The translations under genes were made by a program, and so were the position numbers. Shown in pieces: positions 47,061 to 63,000 of a stretch of DNA of 64,000 nt (its first letter is position 1; each line of letters opens with the position of its first letter). The notes below the pieces were generated by a model. It saw nothing but the letters and a program-made list of their open reading frames with translations. It was not told where the DNA came from and did not search any database. Source of the DNA: Octopus sinensis. Its lineage: Eukaryota. The stretch lies in contig NC_043003.1 of assembly GCF_006345805.1 (NCBI RefSeq), forward strand, positions 77,314,001 to 77,378,000, given 5' to 3'.

Positions 47061-50000
47061 TTAAAGGAAAATTATTCTGATACACATAAAGGTTACTTAT
47101 TTTTTTCTTAATTATTGATTTAACTTGCATAAATACCCATATTAATTTTGGATTCTTAATTACTGTTAGAACCATCTCATAACTTTTTCTGGGTCTGTTC
47201 TACTTGATTGTATGTTATGCTGAATTGCCTTAAGGTTTTAGTCTAACTTGAGGTGTTTTCTAGTATAGCCATGGGATAACCAAAACATTATTAGTGGATT
47301 TGGTAGATAGAAACAGAAAGGAATCCATTGTGTGTAAGTGTTCGTTTGTTTTCTTGTTTTGACCTTATGGTAAATATAAATGAGCATCACCAGCAGCTAT
47401 GTCAATGGTTTCCAATCTTCAATGGAAACATGTCCCGCTACAGGGAAATATCATCTTGTTACAAGACTAGTGATAGGGAGGGCAAATGAGTGTTGAAGAA
47501 TAAAAAACATGAAAAATTCTGCCTGGCCCATGCAAACATGGACATTAAAATGATGATGCTGTCTTCTTTCTGGGTTTCTTGAAAGTTTCTTGATACATTA
47601 GCTATTTGTTATTTCTATCAGGGATTTTCAGAGATCTGATTGGTACATTTTCACTTTCTTTATCTACCATCTAACAGAATCCCAATTGTTAATTACATTT
47701 TATCAGTCCTGATCCTAACACCATGCTCTCTCTACTATTCACCTACATGATTATTACTTTTGATTCTGTGGCACCATGACCTTTCTCTTTCTAGTATCAT
47801 TCCATCCACCCATAATTACTGCTTGTGTATCTCTATATCTCCTCTTACACAACCCATCCTACTGCCTTCTTTTTAAGTGACTCGTGCCCCCAATTACTGT
47901 TTTCTTCTTCCTACCATCCCATTCTCTGTAATATTGTCTTAAGTTTCTCCACCTGCACTCTGATAACGAACTTATCCCATCACATGTAGTTCAACCACTT
48001 AGCGCCTCAACAAAGGCACCACTCTTTCTTTTGTCACCTTCTCTAACAGGTTAGCTCTTTAATCTTGGGACCCCACCAGTACTGAAACCACAAAATAATG
48101 CACTCAATAGAAGCTTTAAAGTGGTTGGCACTAGGAAGAGCATTCAGCTACAGAAATCATGCCGAAACTGAAACATTGGTCCAAGAATGTATTCAATGAC
48201 CTATCAGATCCTATCAAACTGTCCAACCAGTATGCCAGCAAGGGAAAGCTGATAGTAAATGATGATGTCTATCACATACATTAGTAGAAGGCAATTATTT
48301 TGTTGATCCACTCAAAATATAACTTAAAAATCTTCCATCTTTTGATATATTCTAAAATATGCAATAATTAAAAAAAAAAATCTTTATACACTATTCCCAA
48401 CCTTTTCAAGGGGACATGAATGATCAACTTCATACATATCAGCTGTATTTGTGAATATCAAATGGTCCTCTTTGGTGAAATGGTTTGTTGATATATTGAT
48501 ACAATGGCTGTCCTTTTACTAATCTAAAACCATCTCTAGGGATTCTATCAGTGAGACAATGTAAGTGTATCTATATGTGCAATTTTTGACAAGGTTATTT
48601 TCTTTTCTGGAAGACATGCACTTGGTCATGCATGCAAGTCTCTCTTCTCCATGCCACCTAGGTTGTCCAAAGGAAAGCCCCCATCCCTACCCTTATTACC
48701 TGCCTTAGAAGACTACTGCTTGGCACTAGTGTCATCTCGGGCATTGTCAGAGTGCAAAGGACCCTAACAGATACTATAAGGCATAATGTTTGACACTAAC
48801 AGTTCACTGTCCAGTGATATTTCAAAAACAATAATTTTGAAGAAAATTTACCATGTTAGGTGGGTAGCACTCATATAGTACACCCAGAATAATATAGACC
48901 CTGCTGAACACCTTATCCAGTCATTTTACCTCCAAGCACAAATCCCAGTGACATGATAAAAAAAGCACTCAGTCCAGCTGTAAAATGGTTGTTGAAAGGA
49001 ATAGAACCCAACCAACAAGAAAAAAAAAACCATGACGTACACAACAGACAGCTGGTTTTACCTGCTGCATGTGTCAGATAATAAAGTAGCCAGTTTACTG
49101 TGTTGGAACTGACCTGTCTGATCCATGCCAACATGGAAGAAAAGACATAGTGTGATGATTCATGTTCGCACTACAGTTTCTGCTAATGATAACATTCACT
49201 TACATTAATTTCTTATGCTGGCACAAAACCAATTAACAAAAGACAGTTGGCTCACTACTACTTATAGAATGCAATGTGGATTCCCATGAGACTAATGTAC
49301 AAGGTAGCTCTATCTTCATAAGATTAATAACACAATACCAAAGGTAAAGAATTGTATGACAGCATCAATTCTTGCTCTAGGGTGATCAAATAATAGTGTT
49401 TTCTATGATCTAGCTAAAAATTAACACTTGACTTATTTTAGACAAATAATGAATACAAAGGTACCGAATGATAAACACATTATTTGGGTAAGGAAAGAGC
49501 AACAGGCCAATTGATTAGGACTGAAAACCATACACTCATATTGCTTTGTTTTAAATTGGAGCTTAATTATGTAATAGGATTTACATACATTGGAAGTTTG
49601 TTCAAAATTAGATCGTATCAACTTCAGCAGATGACTGATCACAGCAACATTTAAACTAAGATTATAGAGACAAAACTTCACACCAACATCCAAGCTGTTG
49701 GCCACTCTGTAGTTTCAGCTATTTCAACATTCAATAACATGACAAGTAGTTAATATATTCAGCATGATAGAAAAGCTAAAACAATAATGAAAGTACAAGC
49801 TGCTGTACACTGAAATATTTTTTATGTGCAATGCTATAGAGTTCCTGATGGGAATGATTTAATTACAATAGCATTCAGAAGTCATAATTGCTACTTTTCC
49901 AATACAGACATATGCACACTATCAATTTTATTTCATTGTTCTTTTATTACAGCTAATAATATCAAAGTGTTATGTTACACATATCTAACAAGTAGTTCGT

Positions 50001-50699
50001 TGATACTCTAAAATAACCCCAGCAGTATCTACAAGAGAATTTAATTAAAATAGTAAATTGGAACGTTATGTACCCCAGCATTCGTGTGTGGTGTAAGAAA
50101 CTATAAATTGGACACTGAAAACAAAATTAATAAAGCTGAAAGGAGTATTGATCAATCATTATCCTGTTTCAACCCATGACATAGGATAAAACATGGATGT
50201 GCTGGATTAGGGAAGGGTTAAAGAAGAGGAGACAGACAGAGTTTTGTGTGATTTCCCAATAAATGGGTATAAGCCCAACAAACCAAGAAAGCAAAAATCA
50301 CAGCACACTCAAGATAATTTTTCATTTCTGAGGGAATTGTATTTAGGTGTGAGCAAATATGCACAGAAAAGGTACCATATGCTTGCATATATGTACGCAT
50401 GAAAAAAATGTAGGATATCAGTGAGTGAGAGACGAGAAAAAGTGTGTGTGTGTGTGTATGTGCACGCAACACACATGCATATGTATGTATGTATATATAT
50501 ATATATGATATGGTGGTAGTCAATCTTCTGCTTGAACTAAGAAAACTGTGGCTGCAGGTTTTCGTATGTTGTTGATATTTGTGAGTCATAATTCCTAACT
50601 GTCCCCCACATGGCTATAATGATTGTGGCAGAATTTGAACTCACAACGCCCAGAACAGATACTACAATGCTCTTTCAAGGCAAACCTTACTTCAGTGGG

Positions 50700-51100
50700 A
50701 CTTGAATTCAAGACATAGCCAATTTGCCAATATAAACTCTGAGCACCTTTTCAAACTCCACCCATCTAACACCCGTGGACATATTTACAATGTCAGAAAA
50801 CAGCACAGCTCCCATGACTTCAGGAAACATTTTTTCACGCGAGAGTTGCTGAAGCATGGAACAAACTGCCGGCATCAGTTGTTAGTTGTTGGAGCACTGC
50901 ATCCTTCAAAACTTCCATGCTTTCTGAGATTCGCCAACACTACACCTGATTTTCTCCCCTCCATACACACACAAGCATGTATCTGACTCATTGTTCACTT
51001 TCCAGACATTTTTACATTACTGCATGTACTTTATATGCACTTTCTGACAAGTTGTGGTGCACCTGAGCACTGTATACAATAATTTTATTATTATTATTAT
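50700..51100 (+). mobile_element. CR1-group LINE 3' end with (ATT)n tail, antisense to U2AF2 and 3' of its stop
   Basis: TRGHIYNVRKQHSSHDFRKHFF followed by a frameshifted VAEAWNKLP; short UTR and ATT repeat tail. Confidence 0.8.
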
Positions 51101-51876
51101 ATAATATGCATGCATTGCATTTATACACCTAAAGTTATATGCATGTTGTGTAGGGAACGGGGCTGTAACAAGAGACAATTCATTGATAGTGAATGGCAAG
51201 GACAGAATGGGAAGACCTAGTCGACCATCCACAAAAACATATTCAAAAATTAAGAAATCATTGAAGAAAAGACTTTATATTTTTTATTAATATTATCATT
51301 ACTATTAGTAGTAGTAGCAGTAGTATGTAATAGTAACAGTAGTAGTAATAGTATTTGATGAAGATTAGATAATACTGTGCCGTAATAACATTGAAGAGGA
51401 AAGGATTGGTTGGATAAGGGGGAAGAGATAGGATGGTTATCAAGACAAAGAAAATAAAAAATAAGTGTGGTTTAAAATTGAAACATGAAATCATGAAATA
51501 GGGTGGTGGTGATGGATGGGGTGGGTGAAGGAATGTGTTATGTGAGTGTGTGTATGCACCACGGATGCATGTTTGCAAATGTGATTAGAAAGTTGTATTA
51601 GTTGTTGTTGTTATGACACAGTAAAATGTACATTTAGCCTATCAGAAACGTAAAAAAAATACAAGATGATAAATGACACGGTGTACTGTACTTTTAGAGT
51701 TAGTAGTTGTTGCAGTTTCGTTCTTTCAGTTGTTGTTAGGTCTTTCTTTTGTTTTTCTCTTCATAATAGATAATAGTAAAAACCAAACTTGTTCTTGTTG
51801 GTGGTGGTATTGTTACTGTTATAAGCAGAGGTGAGAACAAAAAAAAAAAAAAAATTGGGGGGATCTGGGCTCTCCA

Positions 51877-52008
<132 letters not shown>

Positions 52009-54541
52009 CTAGAAGGAAAAAAAAAATTTACATAAATTCTTTAGTAACCGGTTTTTTTTGCTGTTCTTTTTATTGTATTCAGTCCCCACTACACCAACTG
52101 CTTCACATATCATTTATTCGTGGTCTCCTCCTACTCCACTGCCACCATGACTACAAGCAATAGGAAACTGAGTGGAGGTGTTAAGAAAGTAAAGCAAGGA
52201 GCAGCAGATGTGGACCTGACAGTACAAGCATTGCAGCCCCTAAACATTACTGTTAAGTAAGAGTGTATCTTACTGTGAGTGAACAGGTCTTCTGCAGTAC
52301 CACATGCTGCCAATCAGGTCCTTTATCCAGTCAATTAGTACAAGATCAATGTACATAACCTTTAATTACCAAATCACTTGATACCACTACCAAAGCTCTT
52401 GACATCACAGGTATCTACCAATTTATTTTTAAAATCAAAATATTGACATTTTGTTTTAGTAATTTAAATTCAGACACTTGCAGTACACCATCCATTTTTA
52501 TGATGAATTTTTGTTCTAATAACCTTTTATAAAATTAAATAAGCTTCAGATTAAATAGTAATTCTAAATTTGAAGAATTTTCAAAGGAAAAGTGACATAA
52601 AATTTTTATGCCAGCTTTTTCATACAACCATGGATTGAATAGTGAGACGTTTTTTTTAGTTGAATTCTCTTTTGATGCCAACCCTTTTAGTTACCGCCTT
52701 AAGACATACAAGGATATGGTGTACCTATTCTAAAATCCAAGATAAACACAGTAAAACTGGCTTTTAGAATGAAGCTTAACACATAGATCTTTTGATTTTC
52801 TATTGAAAACAACTGAATAATATTTCAAAAAAGAATATCCAATCAATCTTCAAACAAATCCCATTAATTATTTCAGTATTCTGATTATTCCAATTCCAGT
52901 CTTCCATAGAATAATGGAGGCTAATTACACAAACCAATAGGTAATTTGTTGTCAGGACGTCTTTACCTGATTTGAAGTTTATTTATTTATTTAATTCTTT
53001 GATATGCTGTATCAAAAAATGGAAACAAGATACCCAAACCTAACAATCATCAGTGGGTGATCAACTAAGATAATCAACTGGGCTCATGATCTTCCTGAGG
53101 AGGCTCAGCACTGAAGATAATTATCCTAATGAAAATTCATGGGCAATTAGACATTAAACAATGATGTAATTTTACTGCAGAAATTTTAAGATTTTTACTA
53201 GTTCTTCAGTAGAACTCTCTCTCTCTTTTACTTGTTTCAGTCATTTGACTGCGGCCATGCTGGAGCACCGCCTTTAATCAAGCAACTCGACCCCGGGACT
53301 TATTCTTTGTAAGCCCAGTACTTATTCTATCGGTCTCTTTTGCCGAACCGCTAAGTGATGAGGACATAAACACACCAGCATCGGTTGTCAAGTAATGCTA
53401 GTGGGACAAACACAGACACACAAACTCATATATATATATATACACATATATACATACACACACATATACATACACACACACACACATACACATATATACA
53501 CGTATAGAAACATTCTGGTTTCGAAGAAAAACAATTTCTATGTTTGTATCTTATGCCTCATTCCTCATAAGCTGTTTTACTGAAAACAGAGGAAACATCT
53601 TTTTCGTTAGCCTTTGTTATTTACAAACTTTTACATACCCAAAAGAAATTTAGGCAGTTTTTTTCTCTATTTTGCCAAGCATAAATAGATATAAGTTATA
53701 TAATTTGATTTTACAAGTAACTAAATTTCAAATATCCAACTTCAATTAATTAAAATTGTGTAATTTCAATTAACCTACAAGGTGACTATGAGATGTGTGT
53801 GTGTGTATGCATACAGATTTCTTCTATAAAGTCCTTTACTACATTTTGTTATTCCAGCTAAAAGAGATGGAAAGTAATCTAAATTCAATAATTTAACTGA
53901 AATACAGGGATGTATTTAAGACAGAAATATAGTAATAGAATCAATGAAAATATCAATTTTTTCATTTTGTCTGTTACTCCATGGATTGGATGAAGACTGA
54001 TCTGAGGTAGTATATTAGTCAGATCAGAAATTCTCTGTTGCCAACCCTTACCAGTTTTTCAAATAAAAGATTTTCAAAAAATTATTCCACTGGTCTTTGA
54101 AAAGGCAAAGCAGCTTGCCATGTTAAGAGAAAATGAGAATATCACACACCATTGCAAGCAGGCTGTGACAAAGATACAGAATGTCGACATTCACACATAC
54201 ATGAACATATTCTATCAGTCTCTTTTGACAAATCACTAAGTTATGGGGATGTAAAAACGTCAACACCAGTTATCAAGCAGTAGTGAGGGACAAACAAAGA
54301 TATGCATACATACACACACACACACACAAACACACAAAAACAAAATTCCATAGTTTCTGCCCACCAATTTCACTTACAAAGCACTTGCCAGCTCAAGGTT
54401 AAAAAAGACATTTGCCTAAGGTGTTACACAATGAGATAGGACTCAAACCCACATGGTTACAAAGTGAACTCTATCCACACACCCATGAATGCACCCTAAA
54501 GTATTTACTATATAAAGATCAAACCAAAATGGAATACTCAC

Positions 54542-54645
54542 CTTTCCACAGCCAGGTACATCAATGCCTTTGATGGGACGAGGTATTTCAAGACTACGTA
54601 CAATACCATATTTACCGCACTCCTCTTTGACATCTTCAACAATAT
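54542..54645 (-). CDS. U2AF2: U2AF65 exon (UHM): DIVEDVKEECGKYGIVRSLEIPRPIKGIDVPGCGK
   Basis: UHM match; ttttgcAG acceptor, AAG|GTGAGT donor; 104 nt, phase 1/0. Confidence 0.97.
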
Positions 54646-55502
54646 CTGCAAAAGAAATATTTTTTTCCAATTACATACGCAAACCCAATATCAATAGTTC
54701 TGACATTAATATATAAAATATATTCAATAATAATTTGAGGCTTCTTATATATAAAGAATAGAGGGCACAGATGACTAAATCAATTTCAGTATACAACTGG
54801 TAGTCAACACTCCAAAAATATATGTTCTCTGAACTGAACTGAACTGAGTGAGAGAGAACAAACACCTTTGTGCAATCCAACTTATACACAATTATGCAGT
54901 CAGGATCCAATCAAAACTGTTTTGGTTTAATTTCTCTAAGTCTTGAACTGTCACATCAACAAAGAATCTTACTTCTGCTGGAAAAGACACCCATCCCACC
55001 ACCAACATTCATTTCTGCTCTTTTCAGTCTATTCTCTGTATCCATTACCCATGTCTTACCCCCATAAATTATGGTACTTCACATATAAGCAGCATATACC
55101 TTTCCCTATATTTTCAGAAACACCTCATTAGTACACTATTCATTTCTCATTCTAGCCACCATAACTAAGTCCAATCTATATTCTCCATGCCAAAATAATT
55201 TTGAGGTAAAGACATCTTTTATTTTCATGTCATTTCAAAGAGTCAGTTCAACATTCCATCCAGCTGTAAATCCATATATACACAGTTTACCCTTGGAAGT
55301 AGGTTCCCTTCACAACACTACACTTTCTATAAACCATTTAAGTGCATGTTATGAATTTATATTTTCATGAATTAAAATGTAAGCATATAAATTGTCGAGA
55401 TAAATATATACACAACATAGTTAACAACCTAAGCCACAGTGAAGTGGCTGTAATGTCATAAAAATTTCTAGCTAAACATAGACAAGCAAAAAGTTTAGAC
55501 TA

Positions 55503-55673
<171 letters not shown>

Positions 55674-55869
55674 CTACAAATAAAAATAATTAAGATTGTG
55701 TTAGATTAATTTGAAATTTTAACAACATAAATTAGGATAATAAAAGGACAAACACCAAATACCAATGCAGCTATACACACACATTATCTATATGATAATG
55801 CTCTTTGAATCAAATATGTTACAAAGACAATATTGTATAGCTTGTATCTCAACTTTTACAGCAGTTATA

Positions 55870-57102
55870 CAGGGTGAGGAAGCAAAACTTTGAATATTTT
55901 GGAAACCATTATTGTTCATATATCCGAGCATAAATACTAAAATATTGTTTTCTATTTCAGGGTAGAGGTATACAGAGTTAATTTAAACAGAAGTTCTAAT
56001 CATAGGATCTAGCATGTCCACTCAAGAAGCCAAGAGACAATTTGATGTAATGCTGAGACTGCTGGGGCCTCTGTGAGCACTGTCTACGTTAAGAAATGAA
56101 TGCTGGATATGGGGAGCATCAAGAGAAAGTGAGGAAGTGAAGGCACAAACATAAAATGGAATAATGCATTTCTTAAATCTCTCAAAGCCAAAATTTTGAA
56201 AGACCAAAGAACATCCATGAGAAAACTGTCCATGGAGATGAAAGTTGATCCAAAAACCACCAGAAGTGTTGCACACACTGATTTACAGTTGAGGTCATAT
56301 ATGAGGACCCCAAGACACCTGCTGACTCATGCAATGAAAGCCAAAAGCATGAAAGGACCAAAAAGAATGTTGCAATACCTGAAGCACAATGAACAAACCG
56401 TCAAAATATTTTCAGATGAAAATTTTTTTACCATTGATGCTGTTTTAAACCATCACAATGATGATACATTGCTAAGTCACCTTCTGAAGTAAAAGGCGTA
56501 TTTAGGACCAAGCACCCAACTCAAGTCATGATACTCAGTCATGGCGTCTGATGGAACAAAGATGCCCTGCTATTTTTTCAAATCTAGAGAAAAGGTGTTG
56601 GTTGAAGTTTATTATTAAGTCTTGAGATATAAGGTTTTGCCTTGGCTCAAGTCTAACTACTCCAATGGTAATTATGTGTGGACACAATATGGTGTTCTTG
56701 CACATAGTGAAGAAAGTGCAGAAATTCTGCAAAGACAACTTCGCTGACTTTTGGCCAGCCAACTTCTGGCCTTCTTCCAACCCAGACTTGAACCCCCTTG
56801 ACTATGCCATATGGGGCAAAATGGAGCACTCTACCAACAGAACTTCACATCAAAGTGTTGATCATTTTAAGTAAGTCCTGAGGGAAGAGTGGGACATGTC
56901 AGTACTTCATCATGAAAAGTTGTGATGCCTTCAGGCGGCGTGTGAAGGCTGTGATGGAAAATGAAAGTGGACATATTGAATAAATTGTCGCTTTATACTC
57001 CAATAAACTTGTGTTAAAATTATATATCAGGTTGCTAGTTGTTGTAAAATAAACAATTTGGTGAATTATCTATTATTTTCTAAGACTTGGTTCCCCACCC
57101 AG
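55870..57102 (+). mobile_element. Decayed Tc1/mariner-superfamily transposon (probably DD37D/maT) in a U2AF2 intron
   Basis: TA flanks; TIR CAGGGTGAGGAAGCAAAACTT vs degenerate right copy; broken transposase with KIFSDE..FT.DAVLN and WPSSNPDLNPLDYAIWG; frameshifts and stops. Confidence 0.88.
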
Positions 57103-58293
57103 TACAACCAATTGCAAACAAGCCTGCACACATTCGTTCAATCTGCAAGACAACCAATTCTTTCTAAATCTCGAAAATTTTTAATCATAAATCAGTTTTA
57201 TCACTAGCAACACAACAACCACTGCCGTTAATTACAATCTCAATTCTGAAATCACTCATTTCATTTGGAAAATCACACGGTACAGGCATTTAAATACAAT
57301 GATATGTGATGAAATACAAAAGTTATTTATACATACCAATACAAAGATTAAAATGTATTAAAAAATTCCTCTTAATTTTTCACTCAAATTGTTTTGAAGT
57401 AATCATGCATTATCTTATAGCTTTGAGATTCCAATGATGTAATTGTTTATTTTTAGAATGTCAATGTAGGTTAAGTGTGAGAGGCTAGATATCAGCCATT
57501 TGAATATAAAATATGTAGAATATTTGGGCCGGATATGACCGGTTTAAACACCAAAGGGTTAAGGAGTGAAGGGTCTGAAGCAAAATCTTAACCATCAAGC
57601 TAAATCTTTAAGTTATAAATGTGTGTGTGTGTGTGGGGGGGGGGGGCTATTATTTCTAAAGATTGTGAAGATTTTACAACATCTATTCAAGAGTAAGATC
57701 TATTTTCCTGATGCTACTGAAGAACATTATCCCTAAAAATTAACTACCAGAAATGTCAACAGTGACAATTATAGATTTGCCATACTGCATTATGTACTAT
57801 TTAATGTCAGTTGGTATTGTTTTCCTGCATTCAACATTAATTGGATTGCACTACAGTAACTGTATGTATAACAGTATGTGTATGAAGAGCTCAATAATTT
57901 TTTCTAATGTCAACTTCTAGAACCAATTAGAATCATGCAACAATCCCTACAGAATGTGAAATGTAAAAAGATTAATGGCCAAATTTAACAACCATGAATA
58001 TTTGACTATTAATTCTTAAACAATGATCAACAAGGGCTTACCAACCATGATCTCTCAATATTCCTTTCCATAAAGCTAGTTTATATGTTTAATGGTTTGT
58101 GTTATATTTGATTAAACACAGAAATATACAGGTGAAAAATACCTGGTGGTCTGACTTCAGCAAAAGATAGACTGAATTAACTGCTCTGCAGATCAAAGCG
58201 TTCTGATATCATCAAGAATATAACTTAAGGAGAAAAAGCTGACTCATTCACATGGCAATCAATAAAATAATTTCTATTGTTAAATGACAATTA

Positions 58294-58536
<243 letters not shown>

Positions 58537-59264
58537 TTAAAAATATGAAAACACTTTATAATAAAAGTGTTTTGTTAACTTTCGATTATTTTAAAACTGA
58601 CAAGTCTATAATGAGCAGTAGTATATGTTATGAACAGAGTACAACTTGTAATGAGATCCCAGATATCAATTACAAGGTGACTATCTTCACATATCTGACT
58701 TACACTGAAATTCAATAATAATTACCATCGTGTGTCGTCAAAAATGCCAAAACTCTTATTAATAATAGAAAATGGCAGATCAAAGCAATGAGAGAAATCA
58801 TTGCTAAATGTCAGCAATCGAGTAAATATATGTATATATACACAGAAATGAATCACTTGAAGCACATGGATCAGATAGATTTTCTATGGTATATCTTTCC
58901 TGACAACTTTTACTTATTTTCCATAAATATTTCACCAGACCCATACATACATGTTTACTGAACAGATTTGAAACAAAGAACACCCTTGCATGACAATGAC
59001 ACAGTAAAAAAAATAAACACATATGTATATTAAGCACACACATATTATATATATATACGGTACTTGTATACATACACACACACACACATATATATATATA
59101 TACATACATACATATATATGCTGGTCTTCTTTCAGGGTCTGTCTTACCAAATCTATTCTCAAGGCTTTGGTTAGTCCTAAGATATAGTGGAAGACACCCA
59201 AGGTGCCTATCAACAGGTTTAAAAGTTTGTGTACACATTTATATATATATACATATCACGTAAA

Positions 59265-59462
59265 AAGCACCAACCAATCATGGCCGTTGTCAGCCTCCCG
59301 TGGCACGTAAAAAGAGTGGTTGGCGTTAGGAAGGGCATCCAGCTGTAGAAACACTGCCAGATCAGATTGGAGCCTGGTGCAGCCATCTGGTTTGCCAGAC
59401 CTCAGTCAAATCGCCCAACCCATGCTAGCATGGAAAGCAGACGTTAAACAATGATGATGATG
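59265..59462 (+). mobile_element. RTE-type 3' tail in a U2AF2 intron
   Basis: ggcgttaggaagggcatccagctgtagaaac...cgttaaacaatgatgatg, as at 45760-45910. Confidence 0.82.
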
Positions 59463-59790
59463 TGTGTGTGCCTCCAAAACTGATAAAGTAATAGTAAATA
59501 TAATTTATGACAAAAATTTACTATTTTATTTTGATAAAAATACCAGTGACTTCAGAACAAAACCTTTAACTAGTTTGCTTGCATTAGCATCACTGACTTT
59601 CACACACTCCCACTAAGTTGTTTAAATCTCTCTCTACCAGCATGACTGACATATATAATATAAACAAAACAGAAATACTTGTTTTTAATCATAAACATTG
59701 TATGCAGTCTTGGACACGTTACTACCTTCCAATGGCAAAAATATGGTAATTTAGTATAAGAATGATAACTGAATGTAGAGTTTAACACTA

Positions 59791-60024
<234 letters not shown>

Positions 60025-63000
60025 TCAGAGGCACCCCAAATGTTCTATCTCACCACCCTCTACATTATCACTACCCGACCTTAGCTTAAAAAAAAAAAAA
60101 AAAAAAGGTAATAATCTAAAGGTAACGTCCTGCAACAAGTATGCAGGCACTTCATCCCAAAATCCTTCACTGGAAGCAACAGAGCTTAACCAACAAAACA
60201 AGAAATGTCAGTCTACACATGCTCAGTTCAACCTTTAGTTTTGTCTATATGAAGAACACGTTTTGCATATATCAAAAACAGCAGCAATTAAGAAGAAATA
60301 TTTCTTTAATTTAGCACAAAGCCCCAAAGCAAGACCACAACTAGGATGTTATGGCATTGAAGTAAGAGAATCAATTCCAGCAGGGTTTTGAAACCAATTT
60401 CTGGACAGAGCTCAGCAGAAACTAAATGCTCCACAGTATTAAATATTTGCATTCAGGTAAGAAAAGTGAAATCGAAAATTCTTTAGTTTATACTTTCCCG
60501 GAGGAGTGTTACTTGAATATGACCACATCTGGGAAAAGAAACAGTCAAAAATATATGCAGAGAACTTACCACTGCATCACAGCACCTGAGTACTGATCAA
60601 AATCCCCTTAAGTACTCTTGTACTGGTTTCAGGGTCTTGGCTCTGCCCATGCCAAAGTACAGTAACATTTTCTCTCTGTACACCATTAAGTATAGAATAC
60701 AAGTGCATATTTAAGTTGCAATTGCGTGCTAGGGTGCACATACTTGCAAGTACATAAATATATCACAATAACCAATTTAAAATATTCCATAAAAAGCAAA
60801 ATTTTTTTTTCAAATTTGGTTTTGATATTTAGTTTAAAAAAAAAAGGGGGATGTTGGTGGACAAAATTTTGAAGGCCATTTAATAAAGGAAAATGACAAA
60901 AAGAAAAATGTAGGGAAGGTGGTATCAGCAGAATTGAAGAGTAAAATAACCTAATCTTCAAAATGATGGAAAACATGTTTGTCTATGCGCATGCTTTTGT
61001 TTTCCTAGCATTTATATCAAACCTTAGAAGCTGCAATCTGGTCACATAATATTGGAAACAAAAATAAGTGATATTACATTATGAAAAAATAGCAGGGAAG
61101 GTTATCTGTATGTGCAACGGGAAGAGGGATTTGGGGGAAAAAAATTGGAAATATAAATTTCATTCGGAAGGGGGAAGGTGAAGTCATATATGAAACAAGC
61201 ACAGTATACTTACTGAATATCCACCTCCCCAAACATACAACAGGATGAAAGGATAAGTTCACCACAACAGGATTTATCTCAGAAGGTGTGAGGGTCGGGG
61301 AAGAAACAAAATATGTGAATGCTATTCAGTTGGAAACTCGACTGATTCTAATAAATCATTATTCAGCAAATAATTAGGTGTCACACTGGTACAAGACATA
61401 AGAACACAGATTTGTAGGAAAACAGTTTAACTGATCAACCCAGTCAAAACAAACCATGGTAAAATATGAACTCAGCATCACTGAATTCCACAATGCACAT
61501 TATCCAGCACCACCATTTCAGACATTAAACTTCAATAAGAATAATAATTTCTAATAATAAGACACATGGTCACCTATTTGAGAGTAGCAGTTGGTCAATT
61601 CAATCAAGTCATATACTTGACTGTCACTTGACCCTGGAGGGATGAAAGGAAAAGTTTAATCACCAAATGAGTGAAACTAGTATTAATGTTACTGCCACTC
61701 CATCACTGTACTCTGATTAATAATTCTTAGTAGAGGTACAAGGCCACAAATTGTGAGGCACTGAAATAAATCAATCCTCATAAGGACAGAAGGTAAAGCT
61801 GACTCTAGCAGGATTTTTAACCCAAAATAATATCATTTTTTTTTTTTTGAATAACAAAATAATTAAAATTTCTTTTACGAAATGAAACTCTGCGGAATTA
61901 AATCATTGCTACTATTTTCCTTACCCACCCACAACCCACTTTTTGGACACTATGCATTTCTTGTAACAATACCAGAAGGAATTTATTCCCAAAAGACTGC
62001 TTTAGATTATCCAATCCAGCTCTCTTTCCTTTTTGCACCAATTCCAACAACTTATAATGAAAAAGTAAAAAGCAAGAAGCTACAATGCACATGCCTTTTG
62101 GGGGGCTCCTGAGTAATACACAAGATACATGAAAAAAGAGGTTTCAACATGAAATCCAAAGTAAACTTCAGACAGCAAAGCAAACAATTATTTCTTTTAA
62201 TGCAAATGGAAAAATAGCCAAATCAGATAATTTATATCTTGTTCTGAATTTACAGGAACACCAGTGGTGATGTAATAATAATGGTCTTTTATTGATACAA
62301 AGCCATAGATTTGGTGGGAGGGTGCAGAGCCAAAACAAACCAACAACATTGACTAGTACTTTCCCACAAGAACAGAAAATAAAGTTGACCATGGCAGGAT
62401 ATAAATTCTGAATGTAAAAAGCAAATATCAAAGCACTGACCCTAACAATTCTGCCACACTAGTGCTACTCAATACTAACCTTACAAATCAGGTAACCAAT
62501 ATAAGCAATTCAAACAGTTCCAGTACATTACTGGTACAAATATCAACGTTCTTCCTTACAAGGAATGAAAAGTGATGTTACCATTGACAGAATTTAAATT
62601 CCATCCAAAGTTAGTCAAACACATTAAGTCCTGCACCACCAACACTGAAAGATGGTTATGCAGGTACATGATACTTATGATTTAGAGGACTGGGAAAGGA
62701 ACAATGATATAGTTATCATATTACCACCATTACACACACAGACATGAATGAAAATCAAATAAGAGGAACTTGTGTAAATGTATTGAAATTCATTTTTCAA
62801 AACATACACACTGTACACAATCTCTAAAACAAGTACAAACAACCCAGTAAGGAAAAAATTTGTATCTGATACAAATAGCATATAACTATCAATCAAATCA
62901 CATCCCTACAGCCCTAAGAAAAAGTGTGATACTTAATCACAGTAGGAAAAAAGTTTGATAGTAGTTGGCAAGGGGCTAAACAACAGCCACCAAATACAGA

